From contig JAQGDQ010001358.1 in assembly GCA_030141605.1 (NCBI GenBank), positions 1 through 44,705 of the forward strand: a DNA stretch of 44,705 nt, in the 5' to 3' direction. Made by a program: the position numbers and the translations under genes. This DNA comes from Tubiluchus corallicola. Its lineage: Eukaryota > Animalia > Priapulida. The notes under the pieces were generated by a model, which saw only the letters and a list, made by a program, of their open reading frames with translations, searched no databases and had not been told where the DNA came from. Each line of letters starts with the position of its first letter. The first letter of the stretch is position 1. This document shows positions 1-10,964 of this stretch, piece by piece.

Positions 1-229
1 GGACACGTTATACGACTACCAGATGACAGTCCATTAAAATTAGTTTTCAAAGAAGTTGCAGAAGGAAAAGAAACCACAAGGAGGACAACTGCTGAGTTAT
101 ATCAATTTCATGCAAAAAGATCTTATCAACACACCATTAGATATCGAAAATGCAGAGACATGGGAGGTTGTTGATGACAGGGCATCGTGGTCGAATGTGA
201 TTGCAAGAGTCATGTCAGAGGTTGTGTGA
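1..229 (+). mobile_element. RTE-clade LINE, decayed C-terminal ORF fragment
   Basis: Manual translation with one frameshift near 68 gives GHVIRLPDDSPLKLVFKEVAEG/KKPQGGQLLSYINFMQKDL...WEVVDDRASW...*, the GHVxR...GGQ...KDL...W..DR..W pattern of RTE C-termini. Clearly related to the copy at 38170-38570. Confidence 0.8.
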
Positions 230-260
230 CTCCAGCAGCCCCCTGTTCGCAGTGCTGTTT

Positions 261-469
261 CATCGTCATCATCATCAGCATCACCATCATCAGCATCGTC
301 ATCGTCATCGTCATCGTCATTATCGTCATCGTCACCATCATCATCATCATTGCCACCATCGTCATCGTCATCATCGTTATCATCGTCATCATCATCGTCA
401 TCATCATCATCATCGTCACCATCGTCATCATCACCATCATCATCATCATCGTCGTCATCATCATCATCG

Positions 470-500
<31 letters not shown>

Positions 501-620
501 CATCATCGTCATCATCATCGTCATCATCATCGTCATCACCATCATCATCATCATCATCGTCATCATCGTCATCATCATCATCGTCATCATCGTCATCATC
601 ATCATCGTCACCATCATCAT
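261..620. repeat. (CAT/CGT)n microsatellite
   Basis: Directly visible; explains ORFs 187..738, 201..641, 210..812 and 350..637. Confidence 0.97.
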
Positions 621-1034
621 ATGCCAGTTACGTCTAAGTAGACATTGGATACGCAGAATTCTTCTGCCCTCAAGACAGGTAAACAGGTCGTCGTCATCGG
701 CATTATCGTCATCTTCATCGTCACTGTTATCATCATGAACAGCATAGCTGGACTTAAATGCATAACAGAGACGGAAGGTTGAGAAACTTCGGAAGATTTT
801 ACAAATTAACAATGGCTAATCTATCTTGAGCATTATCTCTGTTCATTGTTGCACCTATGACGTCACACAAGTTGCTGACGACACAACGCCACACATGTTT
901 GACGAACAGCATAGGTATTTAAGTAAAATCAAGCAACTTTGTACAACGTACGTTTACTAAAAACTGTGATTGAGAGGGACTTTCTTAAATACTAGAATTG
1001 GGTGTGAGTTTGGTGGTATCTCTGAACGTTAGCG

Positions 1035-1103
1035 ACTGAAGTTAAGCTATCCTAAGTTTGCTGAGGAAGTAGATGGGCGACTGCATGGAAAACTGCCAGT
1101 TGT
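1035..1103 (+). pseudogene. Highly decayed 5S rRNA/SINE3 internal-promoter relic
   Basis: ACTGAAGTTAAGC-(24 nt)-GATGGGCGACTGCATGGAAA has the same motifs and the same 24-nt spacing as ACCGAAGTTAAGC-(24 nt)-GATGGGTGACC in the 5S copy at 3260. Confidence 0.55.
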
Positions 1104-1689
1104 TTGTTTCCTGGAGGGAGGACGTGCCCTCTAATGTGGTTAAGGCAACTTTTCTGTCTTATAATGTTTTACTGGTTTGTCTTACAGAATCAGACCAAAC
1201 CATTTTGTCCTTAATAAACACGTCTTGAGTTTTTCTCGATTTGTTTTACGAAAAAAGAAGCTTGTTTTCAAATAGTCGTAACAGACGTATTTTCTCTATA
1301 ACAAAAAAGGGCAGCCATTAAAAATTAAAAAAGATGGTAAAAAAGATGGTAAAATACCATCTTCATTTTCATTGCAATATTGAATGGCTTCTTTTGATGA
1401 TTAGATGGAAGATTGACCTACTTGTTAAAGCCAATTAGCTACGAAGGAGAGACTTGTGTTAATTACTACTATGTATGATATCTGGACCGGAAACTACATG
1501 CAATTCTGATTAGCGACCTTGATGAATTATAGATGGCGTCTGTGACGCGGTTGTGAGGTCAGTATCTTGAGAAAGCTTTCCAGAGATCTGTGTGCTCCTT
1601 TGATACCTGACAGGCCCGTTTCAAGCCTTGACTGCACCCAACTTGTTCAGGGTTTGGAAGACAATGAGACGTTTTGCGTCCAGTACGTC

Positions 1690-2725
1690 TGTCTGATGTT
1701 ATCAAGCGTCCTGTCTGATGTTAACAAGATCTCCTGTCTGGTGTTACTAAGAACTCTGTCTGACGTTGCCAAGAACTCCTGTGTACAGTTACCAAGCGCT
1801 CCTGTCTGATGTTGACAAGAACTCCTGTCTGATGTTACCAAGCACCCCTGCCTAATGTTACCAAGCACTCCTGCCTGATGTTACCAAGCGCTCCTGCCTG
1901 ATGTTAACAAGCACCCCTGCCTAATGTTATCAAGCACTCCTGTCTGATCCTACCAGGCACCCTTGTCTGATGTTACCAAGAACTTCTGTCTGATGTTACC
2001 AAGCACCCTTGCCTGATGTTACCGTGAACTCCTGGTTGATGTTACCAAGCACTCCTGTCTGATGTTACCGAGCACTCCTGCCTGATGTTGCCAAGAACTC
2101 CTGTCTACAGTTGCCAAGCGCTCCTGTCTGATGTTAACAAGCGCTCCTGTCTGATGTTACCAAGAACTCCTGTCTGATATTACCAAGCACCCCGCCTGAT
2201 GTTACCAAGCACTCCTGTCTGATGTTACCAAGAACTCCTGTCTGATGTTACCAAGCACTCCTGCCTAATGTTACCAAGCGTTCCTGCCTGATGTTACCAA
2301 GCACTCCTGTCTGATGTTACCAAGCACTCGTGGCTGATGTTACCAAGAACTCGTGGCTGTTGTTACCAAGCGCTCCTGTCTGATGTTACCAAGAACTATT
2401 GCCTGATGTTACCAAGCACTCGTGGCTGATGTTACCAAGCACTCGTGGCTGATGTTACCAAGCACTCCTGTCTGATGTTACCAAGCACTCCTGCCTGATG
2501 TTGCCAAGAACTCCTGCCTGATGTTACCAAGAACTCCTGTCTGATGTTACCAAGCACTCGTGGCTGATGTTACCAAGAACTCGTGCCTGATGTTACCAAG
2601 CGCTCCTGTCTGATGTTACCAAGCACTTCTGTCTGATGTTACCATGCACTCCTGTCTGATGTTACCAAGCACTCCTGTCTGATGTTATCAAGAACTCCTG
2701 GCTGATGTTACCATGCACCCCTGTA
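1690..2725. repeat. 23-bp minisatellite, ~45 copies (CTGATGTTACCAAGCACTCCTGT)
   Basis: Period measured directly (GATG at 2221 and 2244); ends next to a short (AAT)n at 2735-2767. Confidence 0.95.
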
Positions 2726-2734
2726 TAATGCACC

Positions 2735-2767
<33 letters not shown>

Positions 2768-3259
2768 TGTACTGACTTGCGACAACTCTAACTCACTGTT
2801 CAGATGTTATTGTTTATGACAAGCCTCGCCTAATGCCCATATTATTTATTAAATATTTAATGACAAGGGCTGGAATGATTTGAAAGCTAAAATGTTAATT
2901 GCAACATCGTTAAACAGACACCTTAAGCCGTAACCCTTTGCGTCTCAGTATATTGACGGATTTGCTTTTTAAAATGCTGATATCATTGCGTAAATTATTA
3001 ATGAAGGAAGATAGATGATCAAAGTCAAAACGTTAATTGCTTATTGTGAATAGGGCACCTTCAAGATTAACTCTTTCCTTTCTCAGTGTGATTATTGATG
3101 GATTTATCGAACTGCAAATGAAGCCTGCATGGCATCTGCATGAATTGCTATTTGCCTGATTAATGTTGATGAGAAATCTTTAAATAAATTGGACCCTTTC
3201 CACCTAATGAGTAACTAATGTTAATTAATCAGTACTGATTAACTGCTAATTAACTGAGG

Positions 3260-3379
3260 GTCTACGGCCACATCACGTTGAAAACACCGGTTCTCGTCTG
3301 ATCACCGAAGTTAAGCAACGTAGAGCCTGGTTAGTACTTGGATGGGTGACCTTCTAGGAATACCAGGTGCTGTAGGCTT
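3260..3379 (+). rRNA. 5S rRNA-like sequence (120 nt), probably a SINE head or pseudogene rather than a functional gene
   Basis: GTCTACGGCCACATCACGTTGAAAACACCGGTTCTCGTCTGATCACCGAAGTTAAGC...GGTTAGTACTTGGATGGGTGAC...TACCAGGTGCTGTAGGCTT is colinear with animal 5S. It has CTTCTAGGAA where the consensus has CGCCTGGGAA, and no oligo-T terminator follows. Confidence 0.9.
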
Positions 3380-4225
3380 GCGGGATGCCAACACTGTATC
3401 TCGACACTAGGCAGTGGAGCTGCCCAAGCAGCCAACGGCTAGAGGGCGGAGGAGGTCAAGTGACCCAACAGCCATGTGTAGAGAAGTAAACCTTCCAAAT
3501 CAGGAGTGAACCCTGAAGGCGGACCAGTGTAGCATGCTCACTGACTCCGGCAGCTTCTGCAGCCAACCTGGTGCCAAACGTATCGCTCCGCTTTCCTTTG
3601 GACTGCACCAGGAAGGAAGAGAGGGGGTTCCTGTTGTCTGGGTAACTCAGGATCTCCATACACCTTGCCTTGGCGTGCGCCCTGGAGAGGTCACTCCAGT
3701 GGTTCAAGGATCGGACTGCTCAGCCACAGTCGGCGCTGCAGCTCCATCAATGTGATCAATAACTGACTCTCTTGGCGCACACTCCATTGTCCTCCGAGAC
3801 AGAAGGATGCCAACAACAACAACACCAGGGAGGAAGAGAGGGGGTTCCTGTTGTCTGGGCAACTCAGGATCTCCATACACCTTGCCCAGGCGTGCGCCAC
3901 TTGAATGGTTCAAGGATCGCACTGCTCAGCCACAGTCGACGCTGCAGCTCCATCAATGTGATCAATAACTGACTCTCTTGACGCACACTCCACTGTCTTC
4001 CGAGACAGAAGGATGCCAACAACAACAACACCAGGGAGGAAAAGAGGGGGTTCCTGTTGTCTGGGCAACTCAGGATCTCCATACACCTTGCCCAGGCGTG
4101 CGCCACTTGAATGGTTCAAGGATCGCACTGCTCAGCCACAGTCGACGCTGCAGCTCCATCAATGTGATCAATAACTGACTCTCTTGACGCACACTCCATT
4201 GTCTTCCGAGACAGAAGGATGCCAA
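3260..4225 (+). mobile_element. Putative 5S-derived SINE (SINE3) with (CAA)n tail and triplicated 3' segment
   Basis: The 5S head is joined directly to a ~440-bp GC-richer body ending GGATGC(CAA)4. The last ~210 bp occur three times (3607-3823, 3824-4029, 4030-4225). No T4 run until 4296. Confidence 0.7.
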
Positions 4226-5452
4226 TCAACAGCTGATTAACCAATTAATTAATGGTTAACCGTGTGAAAGCGGTTGTACAACGAAAAAATGATTATTTTT
4301 TCTGCACATTTTCTACTAATGTTTTTATCTTGGTGGCGAAAAGCGGTTGTTTATTCATTAGTTTTTTTTCAATCGGACCCTCATCTATGGAATTCTTTGC
4401 GAATCTTTTTCTCTGTAAAGGCAACCACACCCAATGGCTGCCATTTTTGCGAAACTGTGAAAAGGCTTAAATGGGTTTTTAAAAATGTGAAAACTTGTGT
4501 TGCGCTACTAACTAGAGACTGATGTGTAAATAAAATTGGAGTTTTATATGCGAACCCTGACATAAGTGCTTGTGGTGTGCTATTGTGAAAAGTGCGTAAA
4601 ACTAATTGTTTGTGGTGGGTTACATATTAATATTTTTTATGTTTTATTAATGCCTTTAAACAGATACATATACAATGAATTACAAAATAATTCCAATTTC
4701 AACAACGAAATATACATGCACTATTAATACACGGTACAAAATACGTATAAAGTTAGCAACAACTTTACACGCAAGTAGAATTACACTTCACCTTACAGAT
4801 CAAACAGAAATCGGTTGTTAAAATTGCAAAAGAAGAGAGATAGCAATTACAGTACAAAGCTTGAGTAATATCAAAGCAAAATTACTAACATTTTTGCCAC
4901 CCCCAAACCACTATTATACTTTTGGTGAAGATTGACTGTGCGCTACCTTTGTTCAAGACGAATGACGTCATTGAAAGTTGTCATTGAAACTTTGAGCACC
5001 CAAGCATGAAGTGACAGCAACTTTAAAGCGATTTTACGAATGAAAAGAGTCGCTTATTGCAGTTTTATTACCAAATCCTTCTAACATTTTTCTCGAACAA
5101 TGAAATAAGTCTGGCCTCCTAGAAGGCTTGACTTCTCCTTTAATACCTGTTTGGGTTTAACAATTTATCCACATGTACAGCAGGGAATTAACGCTAAAAG
5201 CTGAATGATGTTTGCTGAATTGAATTGGTAAAACAGTCTGTTTGCAGTTTGCGTTGCGGCTTCTACTGGTTTTAGCAGGTTTTACTGGGGAACTGTCGTC
5301 TGTAGCACATGTGTTGAATCAACACGCTTTGCCATTTTTGTAGAGCCTCTTTTTCTTTTCCTTCCCCTTCTCACTCATTCTGTTGCTTCCTCTCTTTATT
5401 CCCTCTCTGCATTTGTGATTTTCATCATTTCTCCATTTTCTCGGTTTTCTTC

Positions 5453-5897
<445 letters not shown>

Positions 5898-6454
5898 ATT
5901 TAATTATCAGAACCGCTTTTGCTGTGTTAATTGTGTTAGAATGTTTACTTTTGTCCAACTTGAAAATGGGGTAGCATGTGAAGAATCATCCTGTCTTCTT
6001 TTAAAGAAAACCGACAAAGGCCTTCCGTATTGCGGAGCATGCGACATACGTATCACGTCTTCTAGCGTGTTTGTCTAACTGTCCTTCCGCCAGTGATGGC
6101 TCAATAAAGTTTAATTTAGCTTCTCATCAGACTGACATATCGATGTCGCCCCAGTGCTGAATAGAGAAGGGATTTATCTGCTTGAATTGTGACAGCGATA
6201 TTACTTCTGAATCGGCTGTCCAAACTCTGAGTGACCACAATGGAAGAGGTTATAGTCTCTGCAGGAAATTAACACCGAATTGCAGTGAAAGAGACAAATT
6301 ACTGCCCGATATTGTGTGAGAGTGAAGCGTCAGTGAAATGATAGGGCACGGCGTGGGTTAACAGAATAAATACTGTAATCTTAGGCCAGCATTTGTTTGA
6401 GAACCTAATGATAACAATGACAGGGTAGTGACAATGGGGTGGTGGCAGCAGTGT

Positions 6455-6505
6455 AACAGTAGCAGCAACAACGACTACGACAACAACTACAACTACGACG
6501 ACGAT

Positions 6506-6602
<97 letters not shown>

Positions 6603-6686
6603 GGAACAGCAACAGCAACAGGAACGACAACAACAACAACAACAGCAACAGAAAACAGAAACGACAACAAAAACAACAACAACAAT
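6455..6686. repeat. (CAA)n microsatellite
   Basis: Directly visible. Confidence 0.95.
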
Positions 6687-6876
6687 AGCACTGTTTTCGT
6701 AGTAGCCCTTTATTATTTTATTTCACTTTTCAACTGTCTTGGCACTCTGAAGATCACGAAATAAATGAAATAAAATAAAATAAATAAAAAAAGACTTAGA
6801 TGATAAGTGAAGATTACGAAATAAAATGAATAAAAAAGGCTTAAATTAAAAGTAGGACTGTCATTGCCATCATTAA

Positions 6877-7562
6877 AGGACAAGAAAAGGGGCACCTGAA
6901 GTAGGTTTCAGAAAAATCGCCTTAAAAATAATATTACTTTATAGCAATTTTATGCGTATATCTTACTCGCACTGAAAGGAATTTCAGTTTGTTTTCATTT
7001 TAAATCTCCCGCAATACTGTTCCGTAGTCGCCATTACATGACGTCACGTACCAAACGTAAATCAAGGGAAGAAAAGGCAATGTTAAATTATGTCTCAGAA
7101 GACTTTCCTTGCAAATCTATATTACTTAGATTTTCACTTACCTGCTAGAAAGACTTATGTAACTAGAAAAGAAAATTATTAATTATTTAAAATGTTTTCA
7201 CCAATTGGAAAAATGTCGCTGACTCACCCTCCAGGGTGCACCACTCACTAACCAAAAAAACGCATTTTTAATCTTATTGGCAAGATATAGTAATTTTAAA
7301 TTTTATTTAGTTAGTGACTTGAGTGCTACGAATGCTCAGATTATTTTTTCAAACTTTACAAAATGTTATCTAAACCTGTTTCAAATGACCTGTCGAAAAA
7401 ATGGCTGCGTCTAACGGTCATCGCGGGAGGTTAAATTTACATGTTTCATACGCCGCGACTGCCGATTGAAATCCTGTATGCAAAATTGCAGTATGTAAGC
7501 GATATAAAATTTCAAAACGAATTCTTCAAGCTTCCTGTTTTTATGAAGGGTTTTCTTGTGCT
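6877..7562 (+). mobile_element. Kolobok-type non-autonomous DNA transposon, family 1, full length (686 bp)
   Basis: TTAA|AGGACAAGAAAA ... TTTTCTTGTGCT|TTAA: short TIRs, AG..CT termini and TTAA on both sides; five further copies or fragments in the window. Confidence 0.85.
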
Positions 7563-7907
7563 TTAAGCAGCCACAGTAGCTGTATTGAATATATTATAGG
7601 AGGCCATATCACAGAGCAGCTCTGAGCAATGCTATGTTATATAGCTAAAGCAATCGATAAGAATGTTTTAGAAAGTCAACACAGACCACATTGATCGATG
7701 GGGGTGTATGTTCCTGCGGAGGGAACATATTTGCTTTTCACACGTCTAAGGATCGGATTTCTATAAATAAATAATGACGTGTTGTCAATTATTTTAATTT
7801 ATTTACGGCATCTGATTGGTCGAGTTTAATTACCTTCTCGGGAGTCATTAATTACTTACCTTGAGCGGACAGGTGTTAGTCAGTATTGTTAGTTCTATTG
7901 TTGAATG

Positions 7908-8625
7908 TCATTGGCTAGTTTAGTTCTACAGTCAGCTTATTTTTGACAAGTGAACAGCCATTGACTAGTTTAGGTCTACGATCAGCTTATTCTTGACAAG
8001 TGAACTGCCATTGGCTAGTTTAGCTCTATGGTCAGCTTATTTTTGACAAATGAACTGCCATTGGCTAGTTTAGCTCTACGATTAGCTTATTTTTGACAAG
8101 TGAACTGCCATTGACTAGTTTAGGTCTACGATCAGCTTATTTTTGACAAGTGAACTGCCATTGGCTAGTTTAGCTCTATGGTCAGCTTATTTTTGACAAG
8201 TGAACTGCCATTGGCTAGTTTAGTTCTACGATAAGCTTATTTTTGTCAAGTGAACTGCCATTGACTAGTTTAGGTCTACGATCAGCTTATTTTTGACAAA
8301 TGAACTGCCATTGGCTAGTTTAGTTCTACGACTAGCTTATTCTTTGCATGTGAACTGCCATTGGCTATTTTAGTTCTATTTTCAGCTTATTTTTGACAAG
8401 TGAACTGCCATTGGCTAGGTTAGTTCTATGGTCAGCTTATTTTTGACAAGTGAACTGCCATTGGCTAGTTTAAGTCTATTTTCAGCTTATTTTTTACAAG
8501 TGAACTGCCGTTGACTAGTTTAAGTCTACGATCAGCTTATTTTTTACAAGTGAACTGCCGTTGACTAGTTTAAGTCTACGATCAGCTTATTTTTTACAAG
8601 TGAACCGCCGTTGACTAGTTTAAGT
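7908..8625. repeat. 50-bp minisatellite, ~14 copies
   Basis: TGAACTGCCA recurs at 8101 and 8151; unit GCCATTGGCTAGTTTAGNTCTAYGRTCAGCTTATTTTTGACAAGTGAACT. Confidence 0.95.
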
Positions 8626-8775
8626 TGCCAAATTTGAGGTGCGCCAGACTTTTGGGGCCCAATGTTTAGGAAATTCTCGTTTTCTGCAGAAAATGCTTGT
8701 CCTTCATGTGAACTCGCCCTAACTTTCGAACAACTTTCATATTTCGGTGAATAAAATTTTGTTTGATTGGTTTAG

Positions 8776-8826
8776 TATCCCCGATGCAGCCCTTAGCAGG
8801 GTGAAACACGTGTAGAACAATAACAA
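8776..8826 (+). ncRNA. Decayed minimal type I hammerhead ribozyme (Penelope pseudo-LTR type)
   Basis: TATCC-CCGATGCA-GCCC-TTAGCA-GGGT-GAAAC-ACGT-GTA-GAACA: helix II is intact, GAAA and the palindromic helix III ACACGTGT are present, but the core CTGATGA is mutated and helix I is mismatched. Confidence 0.5.
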
Positions 8827-9026
8827 AGTTGTTTATTTATTTGTTTAGTTGTTTATTTTTATTTATTTAAATAATTTATCACTCAGCAATCTGGGATTCT
8901 GCAAACAGGTTTTATCGCATTGTCCTCTTTAAGGTGATATTCGCATTTTGTCATTCCAGTGTCTAAGGGCAAAAATCAATAATTTTAATGAGTTCAACGA
9001 TAATGACAAATTATGTCAGGTGAAAC

Positions 9027-9791
9027 TTTACAGCAAGTTTATGGGTATATCGTACTCGCGTTGAAAGGAATTTTTGTTTGTCTTCATTTTAAATCTCCCG
9101 CGACACTGTTGCGACCGCACCATTACATGACGTCATATACGCACAACGTAAATCAGGGGAAGAAAGGGAAATGTTGAATTATGTCCCAAAAATCTTTCCA
9201 TGCAGAGTTATATTACCTAGCATTTATGCCTGAAAGTCTTATGTAACTAGACTAATAATTTAAAATGTTTTCATAAATTGTTAAAATGTCGCTGACCCAC
9301 CCTCCAGGGTGCGCCACTCACTAACCAAAAAACGCATTTTTCATCTAATTAACGAGATACAGTAATTTAAAATTTTCCTTAGTTAGTAGTATGTGTGCTA
9401 CGAATGCTCCGATTGTTTTTTCAAACTTTGCAGAATGTTACCTAAACTTATTTCAAATGATTTATCGTCAAAATGGCTGCGTTTAACGGTCACCGAGGGA
9501 GTTTAAACTTAAACTACGAACCGCCGACGCAAGCCCTGCAAGATACAGTAACTTAAAATTTTACTTAATTAGCAACATGTAGCTTTGAATGCCCTGATTA
9601 TTTTTTCATACTTCACTCAGTGTAATCTAAACTTGTTTAAAATAACCTACCATTAAAACGGCTGCGCCTAACGGTCATTACGAGAATTTTACTGCCGACG
9701 CAAGCCCTATATGCAAAAAGACAGTAAGTGGTATAAAATTTCAAGACGATTTTCTGAGCTTTATGTAAGTGGAGGGTTTTGTTGTGATTTA
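9027..9791 (+). mobile_element. Kolobok-type family 1, 5'-truncated copy with internal ~170-bp duplication
   Basis: Colinear with 6937-7562; 9540-9710 repeats 9353-9538. Confidence 0.8.
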
Positions 9792-10391
9792 TCTCCGCTA
9801 AGCGTACGCAGTAACCCGCCTACGTCGATGTAGAGATAGGCATTTGAAAGTCCGCTGACATGCGGTTGCTAAGCACGCGCATGGCCTAGCTTTCAACAGC
9901 AGCGCGGATTCTCGCAATGCGCATTTTAAATGAAGCTCGTAAATCAGTCGCGTTAATTAAACGTGATTTATTGCCAAAGCCGAAGTTGAATGCCAAAATC
10001 ATCCAACACACAAAATTTATTAATTTTATTGAGCTATCAAATTTTATGTTTTTATTATAACGTCGCCGGTCGGTTTAGTAGTTCGAGTTTAATTAAACGT
10101 TTGCGCATGCGCTGGCATTTTGAAATGCGTCTATGGTAAAGACAGACACAGTTTTAAAAACCATTGATGACTGTGCTGCCAGTTTTATCAGTTTGATCAG
10201 CTTTGTGAGCAAGAAGGGAAATCTTTGATGTGATTTCTTTTGGGGTTTTTCTTTTCGTTGTGCGGGATTATTTAACTGCGATTGAAGCGCTGAGATTCAA
10301 TTCGCTAGTAAGTACAAACATTTTTAGTATAAGTGCATGAGACTTGAGAATACAAAGAAATACCTGTCACTAACATGTAAAAAACGTGACA

Positions 10392-10402
10392 TAGTAGTAG
10401 TG

Positions 10403-10496
<94 letters not shown>

Positions 10497-10552
10497 CAGT
10501 AGTAGTAGTAGTAGTAGTAGTAGTAATAGTAGTAGTAGTAGAAGTAGTAGTT

Positions 10553-10597
<45 letters not shown>

Positions 10598-10613
10598 ATA
10601 GCAGTAGCAGTAC

Positions 10614-10702
<89 letters not shown>

Positions 10703-10755
10703 CTAGCAGTAGTAGTAGTAGTAGTAGTAATTCTAATAGTGGTGGTAGCAGAAGT
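10392..10755. repeat. (TAG)n microsatellite
   Basis: Directly visible. Confidence 0.97.
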
Positions 10756-10964
10756 AAACTCTTTATTTTGAGCATATAAACATATACATATATACATGCG
10801 CCCTCTATTTGCAGTGCTATAACAGTTAACAGTGTTTATGTGTGATATTTAACAACTTACAATAGCTATGCTTGGATTGTATTATCGTTACTTTCTTAAC
10901 TGATATTGATAACAATTTTCTAAAATTAATCAATCCCATTAGGTTAGTGACAAAACAAAATTAG

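Noticed and set aside
187-812. His-, Ile-, Met- and Ser-rich ORFs, and the similar low-complexity ORFs at 5.3-6.7, 10.3, 16.8-18.0, 20.7-22.6, 25-28, 32.8 and 39-41 kb
   Set aside because: They are translations of di-, tri- and tetranucleotide microsatellites, open in several frames and on both strands.
1690-2725. Short regular repeats as a CRISPR array (also 7908-8625, 10965-12561, 18623-19960)
   Set aside because: The units are head-to-tail with no unique spacers, in eukaryotic context with no cas genes.
3260-3379. Functional tandem 5S rDNA gene
   Set aside because: Single copy, no oligo-T terminator, substitutions at 3352-3356, and fused to a retroposon-like body.
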